A DNA stretch of 37,354 nucleotides. It comes from Myxococcales bacterium (GTDB taxonomy: Bacteria; Myxococcota; Myxococcia; Myxococcales; Anaeromyxobacteraceae). Positions 25,651-37,354 of this stretch are shown here, piece after piece. The translations under genes and the position numbers were made by a program. Under the pieces are notes generated by a model that made no database searches, was not told where the DNA came from, and worked only from the letters and a program-made list of their open reading frames with translations. Positions within the stretch are counted from its first letter, which is position 1. Every line of letters begins with the position of its first letter. The stretch lies in assembly GCA_038320275.1 (NCBI GenBank), contig JBBQEB010000016.1, positions 1-37,354 on the forward strand, read 5' to 3'.

Positions 25651-25685
25651 TCTTCCAGTATTCCTCGCGTGAAGGGGGATGACGC

Positions 25686-28600
25686 ATGAGCCGTTACGCC
25701 GAGCTGCGCTGCAAGTCGTGCTTCTCCTTCCTGCGCGGCGCGAGCCATCCCGAGGAGCTGGTGGAGCGCGCCGCCGGCCTCGGGCTCTCCGCGCTCGCGC
25801 TCACCGACGTGAACGGGCTCTACGGCGCCGTGCGGGCGCACGCGGAGGCGAAGAAGCGTGGCCTCCCGCTGGTCATCGGGGTGGAGCTCGCCTGCCGCGG
25901 GCTCTCCACGGGCCATCGGCCGGTGGAGCCGCTCGTGCTGCTCGCGGTCGATCGCGAGGGGTACGCCAGCTTGTGCCGCCTCGTCACCGAAGCGCACCGC
26001 GGCGGTTCGCTCGATGGGCCCGAGGCGGCCGCGCGCCGCGAGGAGATCGACCTGCCGTTCGATCGCATCGCCGCGCGCGCGCGAGGGCTCTTCGCGCTCT
26101 ATCCGGGAGCGGATGCCGGAGCGGTGGAGCGGCTGCGCGACGCCTTTGGCCGGCGGCTCGCGCTGGCGGTCGCGCGGCATCACATCGCCGGCGAGGAGGC
26201 GCGCATCGCCGCCGCGCGGAGCATCGGCTCCCGCCTCGGGGTGACGGTGGCCGTGGTGAACGACGTCCACACCCACCAGCGCAGCCGCCAGCCGCTGCAG
26301 GACGTGCTCACCTGCGTTCGGTTCGGCACCACCGTCGAACGCGCCGGGAGGCGGCTGTTCTCCAACGCGGAGCGGACGCTGAAGCCACCCGACGAGATGG
26401 CGCTCCTGTGGCCCGACTTCCCGGAAGGGCTGGAGAACGCGGCCGCCATCGCGGAGGATTGCCTGTTTCGCCTCGACGAGATTCGCGGGGAGCATCCGCT
26501 GCCACCTGTGCTCGCCGCGCCAGGAGAGATCCGCCCGAGCTCCATCGGGAGCACCACGCCGGTTGCGAACGCGAACGCGAACGCGAGCTCGAACTCGAAC
26601 GGGAACGCGAACGGGAACGGCAACGCGAACGGGACCGCAAACGGGAACGGGAACGGGAACGGCAACGCGAACGCGAACGGCAAAGGTAACGGCAACACGA
26701 ACACGACCGCGACCGCGACTGCGACCGGGACCGGGACCGGGACCGCAACGAGGACCGGGACAGGGATTGTGACTGCAACCGGCCTCGCGAGAACAGCCGC
26801 GAGCGCGAACGGCGGCGGCGAGGGCCACCGGCCCGCTGCGGCTCCGGCCGGCGGGCAGGCCGAAGACAAGGTCACCGGCATGCCGCTCCTCCGCGCGCTC
26901 GTGGCGGAAGGCGCGCGCTGGCGCTGGAAGGGGAGCCCGCCGCCTGAGGTGGAGCGCCAGCTCGCGAAGGAGCTCCTCCTCGTCGAGGAGCTGGGCTACG
27001 CAAGCTACTTCCTCACCGTCTGGGACGTGGTCCGGTTCGCGCGCGAGCGCGGCATCCTCTGCCAGGGGCGGGGCAGTGCCGCCAACTCGGCGGTCTGCTA
27101 TGCCCTCGGGATCACCTCCATCGACCCCGTGCGCATGGGGCTGCTCTTCGAGCGCTTCATCTCGGTGGAGCGCGGCGAGCCGCCCGACATCGACGTCGAT
27201 TTCGAGCACGAGCGGCGCGAGGAGGTGCTGCAATACGTCTACGCGCGGTACGGGCGCGAGCACGCCGGGATGGTGTGCGAGGTCATCAGCGACCGCGGGC
27301 GCGCGGCGCTGCGCGCCGGGGGCACGGCGGTCGGGCTCTCCCTCGCTCAGGTCGACCGCCTGGCGAAGCTGGTGGGCGCCTACGAGGAGCTCGAGGTCGT
27401 CACCCCCGAGCTCCTGGCGAACGCCGGGCTGGATCCTGCGGCATCGCCCCAGGTCCGGCAGACCCTGCTCCTCGCCCGCGAGCTCCAGGGCTTTCCGCGC
27501 CATCTCTCCATCCACGTGGGCGGGTTCGTCATCACGCGCCGGCCCCTCTGCGAGACGGCGCCCATCGAGCCCGCGGCCATGCCCGGCCGCACCATCGTTC
27601 AATGGGACAAGGACGACATCGCGGAGCTGGGGCTGCTCAAGGTCGATCTTCTCGGGCTCGGCATGCTCACCGCGCTCTCGCGGGCGCTGAAGCTCCTCGC
27701 CGCGCACCGGCCAGCGCCCGCCGTGCCGACCCCGGAGCCCTGGCCGGACAGCCTGGCCGCGATCCCCGCCGAGGAGCCGGCCGTCTACGAGATGATCTCC
27801 CGCGCCGACACCATCGGGGTGTTCCAGGTGGAGTCCCGGGCGCAGATGTCGCTGTTGCCCCGCCTGCAGCCCCGCCGCTTCTACGACCTCGTCATCTCCG
27901 TGGCCATCATCCGGCCCGGGCCCATCCAGGGCGGCATGGTGCACCCCTTCCTGCGCAGGCGCGATGGGCTCGAGGAGGTGCGTTACCCGTATCCACCGCT
28001 GCGAGCGGTGCTGGAGAAGACGCTGGGGGTCCCGCTGTTCCAGGAGCAGGCGATGCGGCTCGCGGTGGTGGCGGCGGGCTTCACGCCCGGGGAGGCGGAC
28101 GAGCTCCGGCGCGTGATGACGCACAAGCGTTCTCACCAGCGCATGGAGTCGATGAAGGCGCGGCTCGTGGCGGGCATGGCGGAACGGAACATCCCGCGAG
28201 CGGACGCGGAGGAGATCTTCCACCAGCTGCTCGGATTCGCCGGCTATGGCTTCCCCGAGTCGCACGCCGCCTCCTTCGCGCTCCTCGTCTATGCCTCGGC
28301 CTGGCTGAAGCGACACCACCCGGCTGCGTTCGCCTGCGCGCTCCTCGACAGCCAGCCCATGGGCTTCTATGCGCCGCAGACGCTGGTGGAGGACGCGAAG
28401 CGCCACGGGGTGGAGGTGCGGGGCGTCGACGTGGCGCGATCGGACTGGGAGTCGACGCTGGAGGGCGCGCAGCCGGGGAGCGCCGTCACCCAAGGGGAGC
28501 GCCCCTCGCTTCGGCTCGGGCTTCACGTGGTGCGGGGGCTCCAGCGCGCGGTGGGCGAAGCCATCGTCGCAGCGCGACGGGATGGGCCGTTCACCTCGGT

Positions 28601-29213
28601 GGGAGATCTGGCTCGGCGCGCAGGTGTGTCCAAAGCCTGGATGGAGCGGCTCGCGGCGGCGGGCGCGCTGCGGGGCCTCGACCCCGACCGGCGGCGGGCG
28701 CTCTGGGAGGCGCTCGCGGTCTCCGGTTCGGCCCGCGAGGGGGAGCTCTTCGCGGGCATCGCGCCGGAAGAGCCCGCGGCGGACCTCCCTCCGGCCACCG
28801 CCGCGGAGGAGGTGGCTGCGGACTACGCCACCACCGGGCTCTCCGATCGCGCGCACCCCATGGCGCTGCTCCGCCCCACGCTCGCCGCGCGCAAGGTGCG
28901 GAGCGCCCGCGAGCTCGGGCGGATGCGCGACCGGGACGCGGTGGAGGTGGCCGGGCTCGTCATCGTCCGACAGCAGCCCCAGACCGCCCGGGGCATCGTC
29001 TTCCTCAGCCTGGAGGACGAGACCGGCATCGCGAACCTCGTCCTCATGCCGGACGTGTACGCGCAGTTTCGGGCGCACGTCCGAGGCACGCCCTTCCTGG
29101 TGGCGCAGGGAAGGGTAGAGCGGAACGGGAAGGTGGTGAACGTGCGCGTGCGCTCCCTGGCGCCATTGCCCGCAGCCCAGGCCATCCAGGCGCCAGCGCG
29201 CGACTTCCACTAA
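25686..29213 (+). CDS. dnaE2: Error-prone DNA polymerase III alpha subunit DnaE2 (ImuC)
   Basis: PHP start SCFSFLRGASHPEEL, GRGSAANS, catalytic PDIDVDF and LKVDLLGLGML, YGFPESHAASF, OB fold, and C-terminal ARDFH (SRDF-type DnaE2 motif). Confidence 0.96.
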   Translation: MSRYAELRCKSCFSFLRGASHPEELVERAAGLGLSALALTDVNGLYGAVRAHAEAKKRGLPLVIGVELACRGLSTGHRPVEPLVLLAVDREGYASLCRLVTEAHRGGSLDGPEAAARREEIDLPFDRIAARARGLFALYPGADAGAVERLRDAFGRRLALAVARHHIAGEEARIAAARSIGSRLGVTVAVVNDVHTHQRSRQPLQDVLTCVRFGTTVERAGRRLFSNAERTLKPPDEMALLWPDFPEGLENAAAIAEDCLFRLDEIRGEHPLPPVLAAPGEIRPSSIGSTTPVANANANASSNSNGNANGNGNANGTANGNGNGNGNANANGKGNGNTNTTATATATGTGTGTATRTGTGIVTATGLARTAASANGGGEGHRPAAAPAGGQAEDKVTGMPLLRALVAEGARWRWKGSPPPEVERQLAKELLLVEELGYASYFLTVWDVVRFARERGILCQGRGSAANSAVCYALGITSIDPVRMGLLFERFISVERGEPPDIDVDFEHERREEVLQYVYARYGREHAGMVCEVISDRGRAALRAGGTAVGLSLAQVDRLAKLVGAYEELEVVTPELLANAGLDPAASPQVRQTLLLARELQGFPRHLSIHVGGFVITRRPLCETAPIEPAAMPGRTIVQWDKDDIAELGLLKVDLLGLGMLTALSRALKLLAAHRPAPAVPTPEPWPDSLAAIPAEEPAVYEMISRADTIGVFQVESRAQMSLLPRLQPRRFYDLVISVAIIRPGPIQGGMVHPFLRRRDGLEEVRYPYPPLRAVLEKTLGVPLFQEQAMRLAVVAAGFTPGEADELRRVMTHKRSHQRMESMKARLVAGMAERNIPRADAEEIFHQLLGFAGYGFPESHAASFALLVYASAWLKRHHPAAFACALLDSQPMGFYAPQTLVEDAKRHGVEVRGVDVARSDWESTLEGAQPGSAVTQGERPSLRLGLHVVRGLQRAVGEAIVAARRDGPFTSVGDLARRAGVSKAWMERLAAAGALRGLDPDRRRALWEALAVSGSAREGELFAGIAPEEPAADLPPATAAEEVAADYATTGLSDRAHPMALLRPTLAARKVRSARELGRMRDRDAVEVAGLVIVRQQPQTARGIVFLSLEDETGIANLVLMPDVYAQFRAHVRGTPFLVAQGRVERNGKVVNVRVRSLAPLPAAQAIQAPARDFH
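26565..26780 (+). repeat. In-frame degenerate hexanucleotide tandem array (36 units) inside dnaE2
   Basis: Units GCGAAC, GGGAAC, GGCAAC, GCGACC, GGGACC and variants stay in 6-nt phase over 216 nt and encode ANANAN...GNGNGN...TATATGTGTG. Confidence 0.92.
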
Positions 29214-29222
29214 AAAGCACTC

Positions 29223-29603
29223 ATGCGACCCACGATTCGGAAGGCTTTCCTCATCGTGCTTCTTCCCTTCGCCGCGGGCGCTGCCGCGCCGGACGCAGGG
29301 GCCGGGGCGGCGGCGGCGGCAGGGGCGGGTGGGAAGAAAACAGTACAGATCCGGGTGACCGCCGTCGGCTTCGAGCCGAGCGAGGTGAAGGTGAAGCAGG
29401 GCGAGCCCGTCACGCTGGTCTTCACGCGCGAGACCGAGAAGACCTGCATCACCGCCGTGGACATCCCCGCCGAGAAGCTGAACGCGGTGGAGCTCCCTCT
29501 TGGCAAGCCCGTCGCGGTGACGTTCACGCCCAAGGCCAAGGGGGTGGAGAAGTTCCACTGCTCGGCCATGGGGATGGGCAACGGCCGCATCGTCGTCGAA
29601 TAA
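29223..29603 (+). CDS. Secreted cupredoxin-like domain protein
   Basis: Signal peptide, then VQIRVT..GFEPSEVKVKQGEPVTLVFTR...TC... and FHCSAMGMGNGRIVVE. Confidence 0.85.
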   Translation: MRPTIRKAFLIVLLPFAAGAAAPDAGAGAAAAAGAGGKKTVQIRVTAVGFEPSEVKVKQGEPVTLVFTRETEKTCITAVDIPAEKLNAVELPLGKPVAVTFTPKAKGVEKFHCSAMGMGNGRIVVE

Positions 29604-29650
29604 GCGCTCCCGCCACCCCTCTCGACGGTCGGCCACCCGGCCGCCTGGGA

Positions 29651-29761
29651 CCTGCCCCGGAGCAGGCCAGACGCCCTGGCGCTCCGACCCGTGGAAGACG
29701 AACGCCACGTAGGTCGGAGCACGTCGCCTGGGAGGCTCCAGGGCTGGCGACGAAGCCCTGG
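29651..29761. terminator. Cluster of stem-loops between convergent cupredoxin and nrdJ genes
   Basis: CCTGC/GCAGG (29651-66), GCTCCGACC-CGTGG/CCACG-ta-GGTCGGAGC (29681-29720), CCAGGGCT/AGCCCTGG (29738-61). No U-tracts. Confidence 0.4.
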
Positions 29762-29776
29762 GCCTTCCCGCCGGCG

Positions 29777-32587
<2,811 letters not shown>

Positions 32588-32674
32588 GCTGTGAACCCGA
32601 GCGTTCCCCCACGGAAGCCCGGCGCAAATCTCTCCCGATCAGATCCACTCTGGATGGCCTGAGAGGCACTTCAC

Positions 32675-32820
32675 GATGTGACCGAGAAAAGGTGCGAACC
32701 CGGGCTCGACCGCCCGGGCTCGGAGGTCCCGTCAGCTCTCCACGCGATGATGTCCTGGCTACCAGGTGCGTCTGACAGCCACCCGCATGCTCCTCCGGTC
32801 ACACCCGAAAGCCGGAGGGG
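32675..32820 (-). ncRNA. Structured RNA in the nrdJ 5' leader (candidate cis-regulator or sRNA)
   Basis: Several stems whose imperfect pairs are G-U only on the minus strand. It starts right after a sigma70 promoter and contains an 11-bp hairpin followed by CACCUUUUCU. Confidence 0.5.
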
Positions 32821-32827
32821 TAGGCGT

Positions 32828-32857
32828 AGCTTAAGACTCGTGAGAGCAGAACGTCAA
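32828..32857 (-). promoter_or_regulatory. Sigma70-type promoter of nrdJ
   Basis: Minus strand TTGACG (32857-32852), 18-nt spacer, TAAGCT (32833-32828). Confidence 0.6.
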
Positions 32858-32865
32858 GCACGTGA

Positions 32866-32913
32866 CCGCAACGTATGGTGGGGCGATGTCATGCCACATA
32901 CAACCTGCAGCGA
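32866..32913. promoter_or_regulatory. Tandem NrdR boxes
   Basis: CCGCAACGTATGGTGG (32866-81) and the weaker ATACAACCTGCAGCGA (32898-913) resemble acaCwAtATaTwGtgt. They start 32 bp apart, the usual tandem spacing, just upstream of an RNR promoter. Confidence 0.6.
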
Positions 32914-32998
32914 AACGCGGATCTGCACGTGCCGCCCGCGCTGGCGCCCCCTCGCCGAGCCGCAGGCGGCGACGGCGCGTGCTAAAAGCCCCCCTCCG

Positions 32999-34804
<1,806 letters not shown>

Positions 34805-34963
34805 GGGCGTGCCCCACCCTCAAATTCACCCGGAGCGCACGCGGCGCAACGGCCGGACGCCGAGGGCGAGCCCTCGCGCCGAGGTCGTGACGCTTTACGA
34901 TGCGGCCCAGGAGCGATAGAAAACCTCTCCCATGACCCTCCGTGCGCGTCGAACAGGTCCAGC

Positions 34964-35509
34964 GTGAGCGAGCGCACCCTCCTGGACGCCGAGGCGGTCG
35001 AGCGGGCCGTGCAGCGGATGGCGCTCGAGCTCCTGGAGCGCGCCCCCAAGGGCCACGAGCTCGCGGTGGTGGGCATCCGGCGAGGCGGCGTGGCGCTGGC
35101 GGAGAGGCTGCGGGCGTGCCTCGCCGCGCACGGCCGGAAGACCGACCGCGGCACGCTCGACATCGCGCTCTACCGCGACGACCTCTCCGAGCGCGGCAGC
35201 GCGCCGGTGGTCGGCCCCACCGACATCCGCTTTCCCGTCGGGGGCAAGCTGGTCGTGCTGGCGGACGACGTGCTCTACACCGGCAGGACGGTGCGGGCCG
35301 CGCTCGACGAGCTGGTGGACTTCGGAAGGCCCCGCCGGGTGCTGCTGGCGGTCCTCGTCGATCGGGGTGGGCGGGAGCTGCCCATCGCGGCCGACGTGTG
35401 CGGCGCCCGGCTGGAGGTGGCCGAGGGCGACCAGGTGGAGGTCCGCATGGGGGATCAGCAGGGAGCGGACGACGCGGTGGTGGTCAAGGCGCGGGGAGAG
35501 CGAACGTGA
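34964..35509 (+). CDS. pyrR: Bifunctional pyr operon regulator / uracil phosphoribosyltransferase PyrR
   Basis: VGIRRGG, GTLDIALYRDD, PRPP motif VVLADDVLYTGRTVRAALD, LVDRGGRELPIAAD. Confidence 0.95.
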   Translation: MSERTLLDAEAVERAVQRMALELLERAPKGHELAVVGIRRGGVALAERLRACLAAHGRKTDRGTLDIALYRDDLSERGSAPVVGPTDIRFPVGGKLVVLADDVLYTGRTVRAALDELVDFGRPRRVLLAVLVDRGGRELPIAADVCGARLEVAEGDQVEVRMGDQQGADDAVVVKARGERT

Positions 35510-36492
35510 TCGGCCGGCATCGACATCTGCTCGGGCTCGAGGGGCTCTCCAGCGACGAGCTCGTCGAGGTGCTCTCGCTCGCCACCTCCATGAAGGAGGT
35601 CCTGCGCCGGCCCATCAAGAAGGTGCCCACGCTGCGTGGGCGGGGGATCGTGAACCTCTTCTTCGAGCCCTCCACGCGCACCCGCACGTCCTTCGAGGCC
35701 GCCGCCAAGATCCTCTCGGCCGACGCCATGAACTGGACCTCCGCCACCTCTTCGGTGACGAAGGGCGAGACGCTCGTCGACACCGCCAGGAACATCGAGG
35801 CGATGCGCCCCGACCTGCTCGTCATCCGCCATCCGGCCGGCGGCGCGCCGGGGCTCGTCGCCGAGCACGTCTCCTGCGCGGTGGTGTCCGCGGGAGATGG
35901 CGCGCACGAGCACCCCACGCAGGGCCTCCTCGACCTTTATACGCTGGCCGAGCACTTCACCCGCGCGGCCCACGGCCCGGGTGCGGCCCCCGACTTCGCT
36001 CTCCTGGCGGGGAAGACGGTCGCCATCGTGGGCGACATCTCCCACTCGCGGGTAGCGCGCTCCGACGTGCACGGCCTCACTGCGCTGGGCGCGCGGGTGC
36101 GGTTCTGCGGACCTCCCACCATGATGCCGCCGGGGGCGGAGGGGCTCGGCGCCACCGTTCACATATCCCTGCGCGAGGCGGTCGAAGGCGTCGACGCGGT
36201 GGTCATGCTCCGCATCCAGCACGAGCGCATCGGCGACCCGCTCATCCCAGGGACGCGCGAGTATTCGAAGGTGTGGGGGCTCAACGCCAAGAAAGCCGCC
36301 GAGTGGCTCGTCCCCGGCTGCGTCATCCTCCACCCCGGTCCGATCAACCGGGGCGTGGAGCTCTCGCCGGACGTCGCCGACGGCCCGCGCTCCCTCATCC
36401 TCGATCAGGTCGAGAACGGAGTCGCCGTGCGCATGGCTGTGCTGTACCTGCTGGTGGGCGCAGGCGCCGAGGCGGCGGAGGCCCGGCCATGA
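35506..36492 (+). CDS. pyrB: Aspartate carbamoyltransferase catalytic subunit
   Basis: FFEPSTRTRTSF, KGETLVDT, HEHPTQGLLD, GDISHSRVARS, LRIQHER, HPGPINRGVE. GTGA overlap with pyrR. Confidence 0.97.
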   Translation: MIGRHRHLLGLEGLSSDELVEVLSLATSMKEVLRRPIKKVPTLRGRGIVNLFFEPSTRTRTSFEAAAKILSADAMNWTSATSSVTKGETLVDTARNIEAMRPDLLVIRHPAGGAPGLVAEHVSCAVVSAGDGAHEHPTQGLLDLYTLAEHFTRAAHGPGAAPDFALLAGKTVAIVGDISHSRVARSDVHGLTALGARVRFCGPPTMMPPGAEGLGATVHISLREAVEGVDAVVMLRIQHERIGDPLIPGTREYSKVWGLNAKKAAEWLVPGCVILHPGPINRGVELSPDVADGPRSLILDQVENGVAVRMAVLYLLVGAGAEAAEARP

Positions 36493-37354
36493 GCGAGCTC
36501 TTCTTCATCGAGGGCGGCCGGGTGATCGACCCCGCGCGCGGCCTCGACGCGATCCGCACGGTGGTGATCCGCGACGGGCGCGTGGCCGAGGTCGCCGAGC
36601 GGGTGGAGCGGCCCCGCGGCGCCCGGGCGATCGACGCGCGCGGGCGCTGGGTCACGCCGGGCTTCATCGACCTGCACGTCCACCTCCGGGAACCGGGACA
36701 GGAATACAAGGAGACGGTGGAGACGGGGGCGCGCGCGGCGTCAGCGGGCGGCTTCAGCGCGGTGTGCGCCATGCCCAACACGCTGCCGCCCAACGACAAC
36801 GTCGGCATCACCGAGCTCATCCTGTCGCGCGCGGCAGCTGCGGGCTTCGCCCGCGTGTACCCGGTGGGCTGCGTCTCCCGGGGCCAGAAGGGCGAGGAAC
36901 TCGCCGAGCTGGGCGACCTCGCCGGCGCCGGCTGCGTCGCGCTCTCCGACGACGGAAAGCCGGTGGTCTCGGCCTCGCTCATGCGCAGGGCGCTCGAGTA
37001 CGCCCGCGCGTTCGGCCTGCCCATCTCGGTCCATGCCGAGGACCCCGGGCTCTCCGGCAAGGGCGTCATGCACGAGGGCGCTGCCTCGACGCGGCTCGGG
37101 CTGGCCGGAATCCCTGCCGCCGCCGAGGACGTGATGGTCCTGCGCGACATCGCCCTCGCCGAGCTCACCGGTGGCCGCCTGCACGTGGCGCACCTCTCCA
37201 CCGCCGGCAGCGTGCGCGCGGTGCGCGAGGCGAAGCGCCGAGGGCTCGCGGTGACCGCGGAGGTGACGCCGCACCACCTCACCCTCACCGACGAGGACAT
37301 CGCGGGCTCCGGCTACGACCCCGCCTTCAAGATGAGCCCGCCGCTGCGATCCGC
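36489..37354 (+). CDS. pyrC: Dihydroorotase (3'-partial; runs off the window)
   Basis: ATGA overlap with pyrB. Translated by eye: PGFIDLHVHLREPG, CAMPNT, SDDG, HAED, LHVAHLST, AEVTPHHL, KMSPPLR. Confidence 0.95.
   Translation, partial: MSELFFIEGGRVIDPARGLDAIRTVVIRDGRVAEVAERVERPRGARAIDARGRWVTPGFIDLHVHLREPGQEYKETVETGARAASAGGFSAVCAMPNTLPPNDNVGITELILSRAAAAGFARVYPVGCVSRGQKGEELAELGDLAGAGCVALSDDGKPVVSASLMRRALEYARAFGLPISVHAEDPGLSGKGVMHEGAASTRLGLAGIPAAAEDVMVLRDIALAELTGGRLHVAHLSTAGSVRAVREAKRRGLAVTAEVTPHHLTLTDEDIAGSGYDPAFKMSPPLRS

Noticed and set aside
26520..26880. dnaE2 insertion as an intein or CRISPR-like array
   Set aside because: There are no intein splice-junction residues or homing endonuclease motifs, and the units are 6 nt with no unique spacers.
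24849..29708. Very long antisense or alternative-frame ORFs (1619 aa here; also 3878-7015, 8302-11367, 30011-32662 and others)
   Set aside because: They shadow well-supported genes and have no recognisable motifs. Stop codons are rare off-frame in DNA this GC-rich.
32735..32810. Canonical cobalamin riboswitch upstream of nrdJ
   Set aside because: AGCCAGGACA loosely resembles the B12 box, but I cannot find the GGGAA, GGTG-AA-TCC or GCCACTG core elements. Left as an unassigned structured RNA.
32675..32820. 6S RNA
   Set aside because: A rod-like fold is possible, but there is no clear large central bubble and none of the usual zapA/ygfA context. A covariance search is needed to exclude it fully.
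32678..32998. 107-aa N-terminal extension of LepA in the ORF track
   Set aside because: It overlaps the nrdJ promoter, NrdR boxes and leader. LepA homology begins at ATG 32999.
34805..34963. PyrR-binding attenuator ahead of pyrR-pyrB-pyrC
   Set aside because: Only a partial AGGTCCAG match next to the start codon, with no terminator hairpin and U-tract.

Overview
This is a very GC-rich chromosomal core region, most consistent with a Myxococcota genome resembling Anaeromyxobacter (inferred from gene content and protein style). Gene order: rpoB (5'-truncated) and rpoC; an unusual short sigma-70 factor; an isolated type III export ATPase trio (FliH/SctL, FliI/SctN, FliJ/SctO-like); a stand-alone receiver and a membrane protein; plsC and rnd; a TPR-Slt lytic transglycosylase; a small Cys-rich protein; a CAP lipoprotein and a DUF721/DciA-like gene; regB-regA; an atypical receiver; a secreted Gly/Ser-rich protein; a LexA-boxed imuA-imuB-dnaE2 mutasome; a cupredoxin; class II ribonucleotide reductase nrdJ with tandem NrdR boxes; lepA; and pyrR-pyrB-pyrC (3'-truncated). 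I see no rRNA, tRNA, CRISPR array, transposase or prophage. The leads most worth following are: a strand-specific, alternatively folding RNA in the nrdJ leader; the orphan T3SS-ATPase module with its own sigma54-like promoter; a sigma factor lacking domain 3; a 36-unit hexamer expansion inside dnaE2; and a recurring -10 box / ~7 nt / start codon (leaderless) layout. Some oddities look like sequencing errors. All calls were made by eye, without database searches.
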